A stretch of 64,000 nucleotides of DNA from Octopus sinensis (lineage: Eukaryota), in assembly GCF_006345805.1 (NCBI RefSeq), contig NW_021832231.1:124001-188000 (forward strand), read 5' to 3'. Made by a program: the position numbers and the translations under genes. Below the pieces are notes generated by a model. It saw nothing but the letters and a program-made list of their open reading frames with translations. It made no database searches and was not told the DNA's origin. Positions 48,328 to 61,179 of this stretch are shown piece by piece (position 1 is the stretch's first letter; each line of letters starts with the position of its first letter).

Positions 48328-50864
48328 CAGGTGTTCTCAACCTTGGGCGATAATTAGGTCAAAGGGGGCCGATAATATATTTAATAAAATATTCGAATTT
48401 AAATATAATAAAAGTATTTGTACATGTTAATTTTAATAATGTTTCAGATTTATTCCTTCTCAAGCTGAATCACGGTCCGTCAGCAAATGCTTTGTCAAAA
48501 ACGGCCTGCCGCCCGGTGCGATCTTGTGTGGGCTCGTGGAAAGATCACCGAGCGAAAATGAGGTCCCTGGTCGGGTGCAGCGGGATCACGTGACGTTTGT
48601 TTTGACTCTTACCGTGGTCTTGGCGGTTAAATAAATAAATAAAAAATATTGTTTATCCTTTAATATTTAATTCAAAATAGCACGCTGTTTTTACATCTAA
48701 GATGTCTTCTCGCTCAAATAAGAAAAGTTGTCATTATCAAAACGAATATTTAAAATATGGGTTTATTCAAAGTACTGAAGATACAAAACAGCCTTATTGT
48801 CTTTCTCAAATGAGGCGATAAGCCATCACGATTACAGGATCATTTAAAACGCAAGCACCCTGATAAAATGTCAAAGCCGATTTAATATTTTCAAACTTTA
48901 AAATACAATTTTAAAAATAAGAAAACAATCAAAGCGTTATTCACAAAGCCAGTACATGATGGTTATTTAACATTTATTTATACAGTCCGACCTCTAAATG
49001 GGGCACTAAGTGCCTCAAATCAGAGGTTTCCCCAAAAAAGAGGTTTTTCAAAAAGCTCAATAAATAAAGAAAAAGAACATTATTTTTTAAAATAATCAGT
49101 TAATTTTTCTCCATATTTATTTTTAATTCCTAACGACACTTTCTTTCTGAATTCATAAAAATCATGAAGAGAATCTGGAATCAAATCAAAGATGTTTGTC
49201 TCTAAGTTTTCCATCAAACTTAAAATTTGTGATATTGATGGTTCGCAGCTTATATTCTCATAAATATTTGGATCATTATCTTCTATTTCATCAAAACATT
49301 CATCAATAACATTATTAAATATTTCTTCAGATGATTCATTTATGCAACTCGAGTCTGATGGAGATTGTCGAAAAACCTTTTGCCAGAAGTTATAAATAAT
49401 ATCCGCAGATACATTATTCCAAGCATCTGAGATTATTGTTACCACTTGCCGCAAATTTAATTTGGATAAAGACTCTATAAACAAATCCTGGTCGTCTTGA
49501 AAACATAAAAAATCAATTAGACAATTCAAATAATTATCAGCAGATGCGGATTCGCCTGACAATGTTCGGAATTTTATTTCATGCCTCTGCTTGAATTTTT
49601 CTAACCATCCATTTGAAGCTTTAAACTTGTTTGAACCCATTCTCGAAGAAACAGTTAGGGAAATTTTTTTAAAAGAGTTCCAGAAACTGGAACATTCTGA
49701 TCCCTTAGACGCTGAAAAATATCAAGGACTTTTTCATCAAATCCGTTTTTATTTTCACTCAATGATGAAGAAAGAAATCCTTTTTTGATAAATGGAAAAA
49801 TATTCTTTTTTATACGAAAAATAGTTCCCTTGCTAGTATTGTACATTATGGATAATCTCCTCTCAGAATGTTCTTTCTTTAAAAGATGATCAGCAATCTT
49901 CAACTTGGTTTCATAATTCAAAGGCATTACACAAGAAATTTGAAATGAAACGTGTCTTAAAATATTTATTTTTTAAATTGGTATAATTAATTTTATTTAA
50001 TAAAAAATCAATGCCCCAAATAGAGATGTTAAAATTAATTGATTTTTTATAATTTGGTTAAAAAATTTATAATGCCCCAAAACAGAGTTTTCCCCAAAAA
50101 AGAGGTGCCCCACCCCTGGAGGTGCGCCCCAATTAGAGGTCGGACTGTATATAGTTATGGGTGCGCACATCGCTTTTTATAAAATTGCTGAAATTATTGC
50201 GAAAACTTCCTGTTCTCATACTATCGCAGAAAATGCAATAATTCCATCACTGGAAGTAATAATATCGGATGTAATGCATCAAGATGATTCTAAAATTATT
50301 AAAAATCTACCTCTTAGCAATGATTCGGTTCGTCGAAGAATTGATGAAATGGGTGATAAAATGTAAAAGAAATTTTTATTGAAAGTCTGAAGCGAAGTAA
50401 GTTTTCTTTATAAACTGAAGAAAGCGTCATTGTAGATAGTAAAGCTATTTTAATGGGATTTGTAAGGTTATTTTCGAATTTTTAATAAAATTTAAGTACT
50501 TCGATAATGAATGTGTATTAAATGAGGATTTATTGTTTGTCGAAATATTGGAAACCTGTACAACTGGATTTTGGTAATCTCTAAATTTTGGCAATCAAAA
50601 TATCTACAAATGAAATTTCAAAATTTATGGAAGGAAATGAGAAATGTACTATTGACATTCCCTACCACTTATTTAGTCGATTATAATTTTTAATAAAAAT
50701 TCAATTTTTACATTTGATCTATTGTTTTATATTTTGATTTTTGAGTCATATACACAAAACAACCAATTAAGGGATAATGCACAAAAATTTTTGAATTTTA
50801 TGTGGACAAGGGGGCGATAAAATATCTAAGGGGGCGATGAACAAAAAAAGGTTGAGAACGCCTG
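48328..50864 (+). mobile_element. hAT (Buster-type) element E, deleted
   Basis: TIRs caggtgttctcaacct / aggttgagaacgcctg and perfect 8-bp TSD cagtaatc. Remnants EYLKYGF.., HTIAENAIIP..LPLSNDSVRRRIDEM. Confidence 0.92.
48983..50147 (-). mobile_element. pogo/Tigger-like element F, internally deleted, nested in hAT E
   Basis: TA|cagtccgacctctaa...ttagaggtcggactg|TA. HTH-CENPB motif FKASNGWLEKFKQRH..LSGESAS. DDE core deleted. Confidence 0.93.
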
Positions 50865-52062
50865 CAGTAATCTTTGCATCATATGCTTGGAGTGACATTT
50901 CTTCTAAGCCTATCAACCATTGCTGGAATAAAACAGGCCTCGCGAGTGGAATTATTGATGATTTTTCATGTGAAATCGAGGGATTCAAAGAATTACTGAA
51001 TGAACTAAACATTATTGATGTAGCTGATCAGGAGGAAATCCTAGAGCCTGACTTAAGAATAAAAGATCGGTTTATTAACGACAGCAATCTTAACAATGAC
51101 GAAAACTTGGAAGAATGTAAAATGGAAATAGAAGATACCGAAAATGAAAATACTTAAAATTTAAAACTTTGATTGAAAGATGCTCTAAACAACGTCGACA
51201 ATTTCAAATCATTTTTTGTTGAGCTCAAAGATTTTTCGAATGATTGCTTAGTTACATTGAAAACTATCCAAAAGATACTAAACAAGAAACGGTTGGTGGA
51301 AATAAATAGAGTTGACTGTGTATAAATCATTAAGTGAGATAACTCATCATTAACTAAAGAACATGCCTGTATGCTACTAAATAAAATCAGAGAAATGCAA
51401 CTCAATACGAGCCAAGGACATTTATTCGAGTTCCCTGTCGATTTGAATGTACATGACTACCCTCCACACGAGTACTTATCGAATGAGTGGTCAAAAGTTG
51501 TTGTTTATATACAAGTTAGCACGTTAGCAAATATGACATTTCAGATCGATGTTTAGTGATATCGATTGTATGTGTTTTTGAAAGGGGGAGGCTTTGGAAA
51601 TTCCAAGACGTTGTGGAAAATGACTCCAAGTGTGTAAAAATCTACTGTCCCAGATGTGCTTTGATTTTTTTCCTGACAAAAATTTTCATCTGCAAATTTC
51701 CATGTTTTTCCAGATTGGGTTATGAACGGTTTTTTCATAAATGAGTTGGAAACGGCACTATCACTGGAGGAATGTGTTTTTTTGTCTGGATTAGTCTTTA
51801 AATTTGTAGAATTAATGGCAGTCACCAACTCGTCGTGTTTAAGGAGGGGACTATTATCATTCAACATGTAACAATTTTTATTGTTTTGTGGTTCTTTGTT
51901 TACTATATTATTTCAACAAAACTTGAACTTGTAAACAAAAAATAATTTAATTAAAAAAATCTAAACGAAAATTACTTTAAAACATCGATTTTCAAAGTGT
52001 CAGCTACAAATTAAGAGAAATAATTCAATTCAATTAATATTCGTTAACTAGAAATGCTAAGA

Positions 52063-53283
52063 TTATCTCCTGTCGTGCCTTCCGTGTTGTCGCTAAGCGA
52101 AAAATCGACGCCCTCTCCGTAGAACCATTGTCGGAACTTGTCCTTTCCCACTCTCTCTCCGGGACTGAGTTCTCCGTCACTTTTAATCTACGGAAATATA
52201 CCGCAGGGCATACTTCCGTGACTGTATCTGTAACTGAAGAAATGTTTGAATTCCGTTCAAGGGAGTCCTCTAAACATGATTGGAGACCTTAACCAGGGTC
52301 GTGGATCAACTGCCCCAGACTTTCAGACACAATAAGCAAGCCTGGCGAATCACTGGATATAGAAGGGGGACAAGAATCCTCCCCCACACCCACATCACAG
52401 TAATCACCAGTAATCTCCACCACCCCCAGGTTTTCCACTTTGGAAAGTCTTTTCGGGAATGTGAAGACTTGTTTGTCAGCCTGGGAAGCCACCACAGTCC
52501 CCACCGACGTGTCCTTCACTGGGGGATCCACTTCTGTTGAAATGTCAATTTTTATTTCTTGTGTTTGTGTGCTCATCTCCGACGTCTTTGTGGTTGCTGG
52601 TGGGGGCGGAGAATAAGAAACGTGTTCCTCTAATACTTCTAGAGGCTGAGGAGTTGTTTTGATCACATGTCTGATTATTGAGTGGTTCACTTTATCCTCC
52701 ACATGTATGTTCTAAACTATAATTCAATTTTCAACCTTTTCGATGATCAAAGGACTTTTTCCTGGAAGAGGTCGACGAAAAACCCTCGAAATGGCAATCG
52801 GAATGTGGGAGTTGGCCAGTCTCTCTGCCGGGGGTTTTGTTTTGGGGACATTTTGGTCGGGATTTGTGTCCTTTTTGGCCTCTGGGGTGCACAATTTGAG
52901 TAACTCCTCTGCATAACTCGAGTAAGGCCTGTGGTGATTGACAGTTTCAGTTTTTTCTTTTTTTTGTCGATTGTATTTGTTTGCCTCCTTTGACTGGATT
53001 TTCGAGTTTTTCGATTGAGTGGCACACTCCTTCTCTGTTTGATCAATAAGACGAGTGATGGTGTCTCTGAGTTCATATTGTCCGAGCACATCCAATCCTT
53101 CCTGTCTTAAATGTTAGGTAAAAATGCCTACCGTGGCTCTGAATATAGTTTTTGAATGTTGTGCAATCTTGTGTTTGCTTGGAGTGAGCCAATATTCCAT
53201 TCGAGGTTGTCTCGTTGCACACGTGTGGCATTCAGGACTTGGTAACCTTTGCGAATCCAATTGTCCTCACTGCCGTCGTCCAT
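52063..53283 (-). CDS. Possible TALPID3 (KIAA0586)-like centriolar protein
   Basis: Spliced N-terminus VLNATRVQRDNLEWNI..LRDTITRLIDQTEKE resembles, from memory, the TALPID3 conserved coiled coil. Pro/Ser/Thr-rich tail. An X-box half-site lies just upstream. Confidence 0.4.
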
Positions 53284-53638
53284 AACTCTCTTAGCAACAT
53301 TATTTTAACATTTAATACAATTATTTTTTATGAAAGATTAAATTAGATAAAACACGTCAGAGAGGGTAAAGCAAGTTTTTCGGTAGGATGAAAACGTTGA
53401 GCAAATTGAGTTGCAGTAGTCGATGGGTTACTATTCAGAAGTTGCAATCTCTAGTAGCGATGTGTCCCCGCACTGCTGCAGAAACGAGCGGCCAGCCTTA
53501 AAAGGTTGTCTCAGGCATTTCGGTTATTGGTAAACAAGGGAAAGTGTACAGACGCAAAAAAATGACCCATCCACTGTCGTTTTATGATGTATTGTAATTA
53601 AATGTATAGCACACTTAATAATAAATATTGTGACAAGA

Positions 53639-56600
53639 ATGAAAATTTTTAATCACAATTTTTTTTAAATCTGCCGCGGAGAAAGCAAAAGTACAAAGTA
53701 AAGGACAAATCTGACTCCCAACGAAATTGTAAGTAGAATAAAATTAATGAATTTATTTAAATAAAACAGAATAAAGTTGCCAAGACAATACTCGAAACAT
53801 GAATGCAAGAATATAATAATTAATCCACAGATTCTCGATAAGAGAGAAATCCGTTTGAGTCAAGGAAGTAGAGACATCGACAGAGTGCACATCCCCGACA
53901 GATTGACCTGGACGAACTGGCAGCCCAAGAGTGAACACATCAAACGTCTGGAGTTATACAACGGAGGCATGTCCGCAAAAAAAATATCCTTCAAGTAAAT
54001 ATAAATAATCACTTTTGTCTACCCAAATCAAACGTTTTCTCGTTCATTTGCCCCAAACAGACGCTGCTCTTTCCGGGCTGCACCACACACTTACTTGTCG
54101 CTTTTAAATCAGAAGTCTACACAGAACATCGAGAAATTGTGGAAATCAACATTCAAGTTTAATCCAAACATTAACGCGCAGAACATTCGCGAGCAAGTCG
54201 TTTTGGAGGCCCTCGTTTCGGTTTCAAAACTCATCTTCCAAAACAAAATTCATGTCCCAAGTTCACAAGTCGGCACAAATTCGAGTGTCGTTTTATCAGC
54301 AAAATTCATTGGGTTTGATCCAAAAGTATATTTTAGTAAAAATCCGCTTTTTTTCGAATGGGAAGTGTGCCCTCCATTTTCAATCTCTCCGAGCAGTGGC
54401 ACTACAAAGAATGACGTTGAGTTCATAATAACCTTCAATTCGAATGTTTTTTATTCAACTGAAATTTAGGACCTCAAGTCTTACAGTTCGACCGCACACT
54501 GCTTCTACGGACACGACTATTCCAGTCACGACTCGATTCAGTTGACTGGCAAAAGTACGCCCACAACCCTATGCTTAGGCGAGTTGCCCCAACTGTGTCT
54601 CAGTTTCCCAAGTCTAAACAATCCTCAGTCCCTCGATTTTGGGGATTTAGCACATGGGAGGAAAGAAACAAAAGAAATTGCGATCAAAAATACTTCAAAG
54701 GTACTGGATTTCCCTAATCAAGATACCTGCTGCTTTCTCAATCGAACAAAACTCTCAAATTATAAAGCATTTCAGTATTAGTGAACGGAGTGGAGTCATC
54801 CAAGCCAACCAAACCAAAACATTTAAAGTTTGTGCATTATGACGACTCGGAGATTACTTTCTGTCCCTCAATGAAGGACCGAGACTACTGGGACTACTTT
54901 CAAGTCAACTCGAATGACTCGAATCAGCAATTCCACATAACTTGCAAAGGACACTGTCATGGTGACTCTACAATATGCACTTTCTAGGCACACATGTAAC
55001 AATGAGTTCTACTCAAGTGAGGTTTGGGTCTGTGCACGTGGGGGAATCAATGGACAAGATGTTTAAACTTTTGAACAATTCTAATATTGAAGGATACTTC
55101 AAAGTAGTCCAAAGTCACCATAAATCTAAGTTCACCGACTCTGCCCCCACACACGTGTTCAGAGTCGAGCCGATGGAAGGAGTCATCAAAGCTAACAGTT
55201 TCGTTCGAATAAGGGTCTTCTTTCAACCAAGGGAGCACTTCCACTACTACAAAGGAATGCTATGCCGAGTGAAGGGACAGGTAGGGTTGGTGGACTTAGT
55301 GTAGGATGACGTAGTGCTCAACGTGTGGGGGACTGGATTGGTCAGAGACACACCCATTGAGGCATCCAATGGGGATAACAAATACCAAATTGAGACACAA
55401 GTAGTGTCACACAACGTATATGAGCACTGTTATCCAATTAGAGAGAAATAATGACATTTCAGCACTCGACAGTGTGATTTTGATTGACGGTTCTTAGAAC
55501 ACGCCTGTGGAAATATCGGCCAAGGACGTCGACTTTGGGTACGCCACACAACAGACATCCCAGGTGAGGACGAAGGGTAACATGTAGGCAATCACAATAC
55601 TAAACAACTCCAACAAATGTGTTTCAGTCACGTGGATTAATTGTACGTTCTCTGGACTAATTACCAGCCTCCGACAACTTCCAAATGCTGCCCGAGAAGG
55701 CTACACTTGCCCCTTTGAAGAGAAATTCTTTCCAACTATACTTCAGTCCTGTATTTGGTGGTACGACATGACAGGACTCTCCAAATAAGTTGTACAGCCA
55801 CATATTCGAAGCATATGTGAGCCTCCACCGAGTAGACCAGGATGTCAGTGACCCCTCGGAAGTCCACTCTTATTACTCCCTCAGAGTCCAAGGTACTTCT
55901 TTCCAGAAACTGACCAGGTCATTCATTTCTGAACAAGAAACTCACTTTCCCTGCCAAATTCTCAGTGTGGCCAGAGAAAGTGTGTCTGCAAACTGCCCTC
56001 GGAATTGACTCGGAGGTGATAACAATTCACAACGAAGGACAGACCCCATTCACGTACTCGATCTGTCTGGCGGAGGGGAGGTTCTTAAGGACTTTCCATG
56101 TGTAGTTTTTTTAGAATGTCGGCTTATCAGGGGCTTGTAATGCCGGACAAGAGGGATCTTCTTCAAGTCTACTATGAGCCTAGTGAGTGGGGCGTCCAGA
56201 GAGAATCCTTGAAATGCATCTTCAACGATGGCACTGAATATGTCTGGTCTTTCATGTTAGAGCAGTAGATTGTTCAATTGTACGGATTCTGTGAGAAACC
56301 GTCAATTTCAATTAATAAAAACACACTCATTTTCCCGTCAACGTTTTATAAAGGAAAGTCAACCAGATCCGTAGAATTACAAAATACCAGTACTTCGACT
56401 ATAAAGTGAGTATTTATTACTCATATTTATTCAGATTTGAGTTCGAAGTGGATAAATTCGAAAATAGTCAATTTACTTTCTCACCAGAAAGTGGTTATAT
56501 AAATCCACAGCAAATTGTCCCAATTGACGTACATTTCTACCCAAAAAACATTCAAAAAATTCAAAAAGATGTACTAATCAAACTTTATTGCACAAATCTC

Positions 56601-59258
56601 GACAAATCGAGAATAAAGGACTCCAAATGTTCCAGGAAACTTCATTTAATCGGCACAGGATGCACTGGCATTCTAAAAGTATCAATTCTCTGACAGTTCA
56701 GACTGAAAAAACGAGTATTGAATTCCCGAGTACGTCTATGGGAGATTCCTCGCAATCAGAAATCAGATTGCTAAACGAAAGTGATTGTGATTTGGAATAT
56801 CAACTTGTTTTAAAACCTCACAAAATTTTGGAGGACTCAAAAAACGTGGACAAATACAGTATTCTACGTTGATCACTCCCTAGCTGTTAAAATTAGTTGC
56901 ATTGATGGACTGATTGAGTCCAAGAGTACAAAAATTGTCAGAATATGCTTTTCTGGCCAAACTGTCGGGGTCTATGACTTTTCCCTGTTTTATGCCCTGA
57001 GGGACTGTCCTGGCGGAGAACAGTTTTTGTGTGATCTGCAGTTCTCGGTCTCCTTCCCCAGGATGGAAATCCTCGACATCCGCCGTGTCAGTTTACTTCC
57101 AAATCTCTCCAAAAAAGCCCTTTGGACCATTTTTTCAATTTCCAAGTCTGATTATGTGACAAACGTGTTTTATTAGCTTAAACGAGCAACTTGGCATTAT
57201 CCCTGAAGAAGATGAGTATTTCTCAACATTTCTCGACCGGAGGAGTTGTTTCCCGCAAGTCGAGTTTGAGGAATCTTCCAGAATAGTGTTCGACATTTGG
57301 GCAACACTCTGAATGGGGACCCTTCCGTGATAACTCTCATTCTCCACAACCCGTCCCCCCTTCCGTGCAAATGGTAGTCGTGACCAATATAGATCAGGGG
57401 TTTCTTTTTTCCCAAGGATTTGAAGCTGGACACTCCACTTTGGGCAGACAGTCATGAGTTCAGTCCCGTGGAGATCAAACTGGTGAGTAAACCGCATTAC
57501 GCCATCAGATCAAAGATGTGGAGGAAGGACTCCTTTCAATTGAGCCCAAAAGTGGGCTTATGAACCCTTCAGAGTACAATTCTGTCACTTTCACATTCTC
57601 CCACACTTCTCCTGGTTTTCACCGAATTCCTTTGCTTCTAAAAATCAATAAAGGACGGGAAATTTATGTTTGGTTTATTTTTGTAAATTGTAGATTGATT
57701 TTTTTGGAACAACTCTGATGGAAGAAAAAGTGTCACTTGCCTGTATTCCAAAACGCTTTAATTTTGCACCAACCAACATCGGTTCGATTGATCCCCCAAT
57801 TCAGTTGATGGAAATCCTGAATGGGGGATCACATTCATGTCACTACCAAGTCAACATGGACGTCCTCGAAGCTCTCAAATCGGTAATGCCCTAAAATTGT
57901 GAGTTTAAAGAATTACTACGATTATCCGATCTTCCAATGCCTCAACCCAGAAGGGGAGATTGGTGCCTTTTCGAGTTGTATGCTTCGGTGGGTGTTTTCT
58001 CCACTGGAGGCACGGAAGTACAGCGTGAGTCACTCAAACACATTGGTTAGATAAACATACCAATCTGCATCAACGATTGTGCTGATTACATAACCAGACT
58101 TGTGGCCGTGGGGTACGACGAACGGGTTATGAATGGCACCATCACCCTTGCTCAGGAAAACGGGGACTTTGCAGTGCCGCGACTATTTGTCCCTCCGTGT
58201 CTAGAACAGGTCGAACTAGCAATCCTCAAAGTCATAGGAAGTCGAATTGTTCCCCGAGCACATCCAGGTGGGGATCATCCCAGTCAACTCGTGTGTCAGG
58301 AGACTGGTGATTTTGAAGAACAATTCAGAAACCAGATCTGTTTTGTACAACTGGGATTTGAATGGGAAGGTTAAGTGTCCACTGGCTATATAAGGAGGTG
58401 TCTGTGTCCCCCGTTGAAGGTTCAGTTGGACCTCGGAAATGCCAGGTGTTCAAAGTCCAATTGAGGTCAGGAAATATCCCAATTATAAGCGAAATTGATT
58501 TCATTTGCAATGTTTGTCTACTCATTATGTCGTAGATCAGATATAAGGACGAGTACACTCAGTATGTGCGGGATGTCCGATATTACCAAATAAACAAACT
58601 CAAAAACGAAGATGAGTTTGTCATCGAGGACAACTCTTGCAAATACTTGCCTGTTCTGCCTATTCTAACATTGCAGAATGTGCCTATCGGAGTCAGAGAG
58701 AATCAACAAATAGACAAAACCTACAAAGTAAGGACAAGAACCCAGTTAAAGAAGAAACCTCTCCATGAAGAACTCAGTGAGCCAGTGCCCCCACGAGTAA
58801 AGAATGTGAACGTCCGACTCACACAAAGGACGATGGGAGTGATTGAGTACGAAAGGAGGTTTCCTCAGAAAATCAACTCATGGCTGTATTCCGAGTACTT
58901 TTGGTCTGATCTAAAACAGTTCTATTCTTAAACATGACCGAACCGTCTTGCCTAAATGGAATCAAGCGCGGAAGGACATAATCGTGCCAATTCTCTCTAC
59001 AGTGATCAGGTTGGACGTGTAGGCACTCTATTAAGGTGTGTAATGAGTCAACCGAATTTTCTTAACAGCATTGCGGACATTGAGCAAGAACCAATCCCCA
59101 CATATGTTGAACTTGATTCTAAGAAGAGTTGTAATATGGGGAGAATGTATGAAAATAGTGGAGTGGTCTCCGTGTTGGACAGGGCCATCGACGACGTGAT
59201 TGTCACTCTACTTACTGAAGCAAAGAATGGGAAGTTTTCCATTACTAAACATCCATAA
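53639..59258 (+). CDS. CFAP65: Cilia- and flagella-associated protein 65 (CCDC108), about 35 ultrashort introns
   Basis: LTWTNWQ..KRLELYN..KISFK, repeated ASH/MSP-type domains (DFG..I.N.S, F..P..G.I), YPIFQCLNPEGEI..FSPLEARKYS, PLLLKINKGREI. Confidence 0.88.
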
Positions 59259-61179
59259 AAGATTGACCGATTTCACATTGTGTACTAATAAAGTGACTCA
59301 ACATTATTCCTTTAAACTTTCATTAAGAATCCTAGTTGGAATAACATTCTCTTTGTTTTTAAGAATATAAACATTTTATTTTCTTAATGCCTCTTCTTGT
59401 AAAAATCAGCACATAAAAATAATAGAAAGCAGTCAAAACAGCATTCCTTGCGTTAAGGGAAAGTTATTTCCGTTTCAGCCACCCTAAAATTTCAAACACA
59501 TTCACTTCAGTAATTTTTCGGACACAGAATTGCTGGTTTTTTGAATTTTATCTAGCAGAAGTGCAATCTCCTCCAGTTCCTCAAATCTTTTTCATAACCA
59601 ATGTTGTACTTTCGGACAACAAAATCCACAATAGTGGCCATATGTGTTTTTCTTTTTATATGACTCTTCGGATTTCTGCTCTTCTCAAACAGTTATTGAA
59701 TGTCTCCAAAAACTGTAGAAACATTCGTTCGGCTTTATCATCTATAAACATAAGATACCCTAAAGAGACAATAATACTAATCCTATTGACATGGGTGGAG
59801 TGGCAAATTCTATAAATCATACCTCTAAGGATTAATATGGATATTCTGCAAGGTCTCCATTTCACGACTTGCATTTATTTTAGAAAATCAAATGAGAACT
59901 AAAATTTGTCAAAGAAATAAATTTCAGGCATCAGTATGTAAAAAATAAATTAGGGATTCCCAATCGGAATGCCGCGGGACTTTTGGTGTCGGCAGATCTT
60001 TAATATTTACAATTAATAAATTTTGTTGTGGTAATTTATTAAGATCTAACATATGTGTTTGTTTTACTGATTATTATTTCACTCAGAATCGACGTATCAG
60101 CTCTGATTTAAAAATTTTATGTTGGCATTAGTGCTATAATTTTCTTGTATTTTAATTCCACAAATTCGGCAAAAATCCAAAATACAACTTTATTGTGTCT
60201 TCAGAGGTAATCAACGTTAACCTTTTAGCACACTGTAATTAAATTGGTTTTATTTTGACAATAATATAATCTTTTTTTATCCGAAGAATTAATATTTTTG
60301 GGATTTACCTTTGGATATGTTTGTCGCAAATTCGTCCCCGCCTATAAATTGGTTTCTACACAGAAACAGCACAAGTGTCTCATTAGTAATCATAACTACT
60401 TTTTTAATCTTCTTGTTGAGTTTCTTGAATATACTAATTAAAAAACATTTCTAATTAATGTGTGCTGCGAGAAAAGGCCTGGTTTTAGGTACCGCAAGCA
60501 CAAAAGGTTGGGAAACACAAACTCTTGAGCTATTTACTTCATAAATAAAGCGAATTATTTTCTGCCTGTGTTGATGTGAAAAGCGTTCAATTCAGTCACC
60601 ACTAAATTTTGATGAGCGTATTGAAGAAATCTGGCTACTTGTAAGATTAAATAAATCGATGATCTATAATAATTGAATAACGAATTCATTTGCCAGGTTT
60701 GCATAGAACGAGGCATTTTGTATAGATGTAGTCTATTTTCTATCCTTTTTGTATTAATATCGAACTTTATTGTTTTTCTATTGTCAAAAAATAGCATAAA
60801 ATAATAGGAATGTGAAATAAGCTAGTTATTTCGAGGTTCTTCCATTCCAGAAATGGAAAATCTGATAACCAGGTAGTTAAAGTTTGGAAACTTTCTGGTG
60901 TATGTTTACAAAAGTTGGGTATCTTTGGTGTAGTAAAAGCCAAAAATATGAAATTACTGTCTGGGATGTCACCGGCGTTGATTTCTTTGCTAAATTTAAT
61001 TAACGCGGCCTGCTCCCCTGGTTCCGGCGCAATTATTTTGATAAAAAATATACACCGTGTCATACAGCGAATTCTGTCTCTTTGGACTTGACCTGATCTT
61101 TTACATTCTGTCTCTTTGGACTTGACCTGATCTCTTGGATGATATAATTTTACATTTTTCTTCAATCTGATAATTCATT

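Larger units (their letters stand above)
45967..51318 (+). mobile_element. pogo/Tigger-like element C, outer host of the second nest
   Basis: TA|cagtcaaacctct left TIR and degenerate right TIR. The transposase rejoins as KRRI|VLILDNCQSH..FLPKN..LQPLDAGIIKCFK..IKDAVI|FASYAW after the inserts are removed. Confidence 0.8.

Noticed and set aside
11075-57310. Pseudogenisation, programmed frameshifting or insertional editing in RHPN (about 11085), COG1 (about 12927), EXOC6 (about 37100) and CFAP65 (about 53665, about 57297)
   Set aside because: Each shift is repaired by adding one base to a homopolymer run, the typical long-read consensus error. Short-read polishing would settle it.
2389-59258. 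Ciliate-type alternative genetic code, suggested by the 25-nt introns
   Set aside because: TAA and TGA terminate well-supported genes at the expected positions, internal stops fall in introns, and the gene content is metazoan.
61071-61133. Two-copy 34-bp tandem duplication
   Set aside because: Isolated slippage duplication in TE debris, with no further structure.
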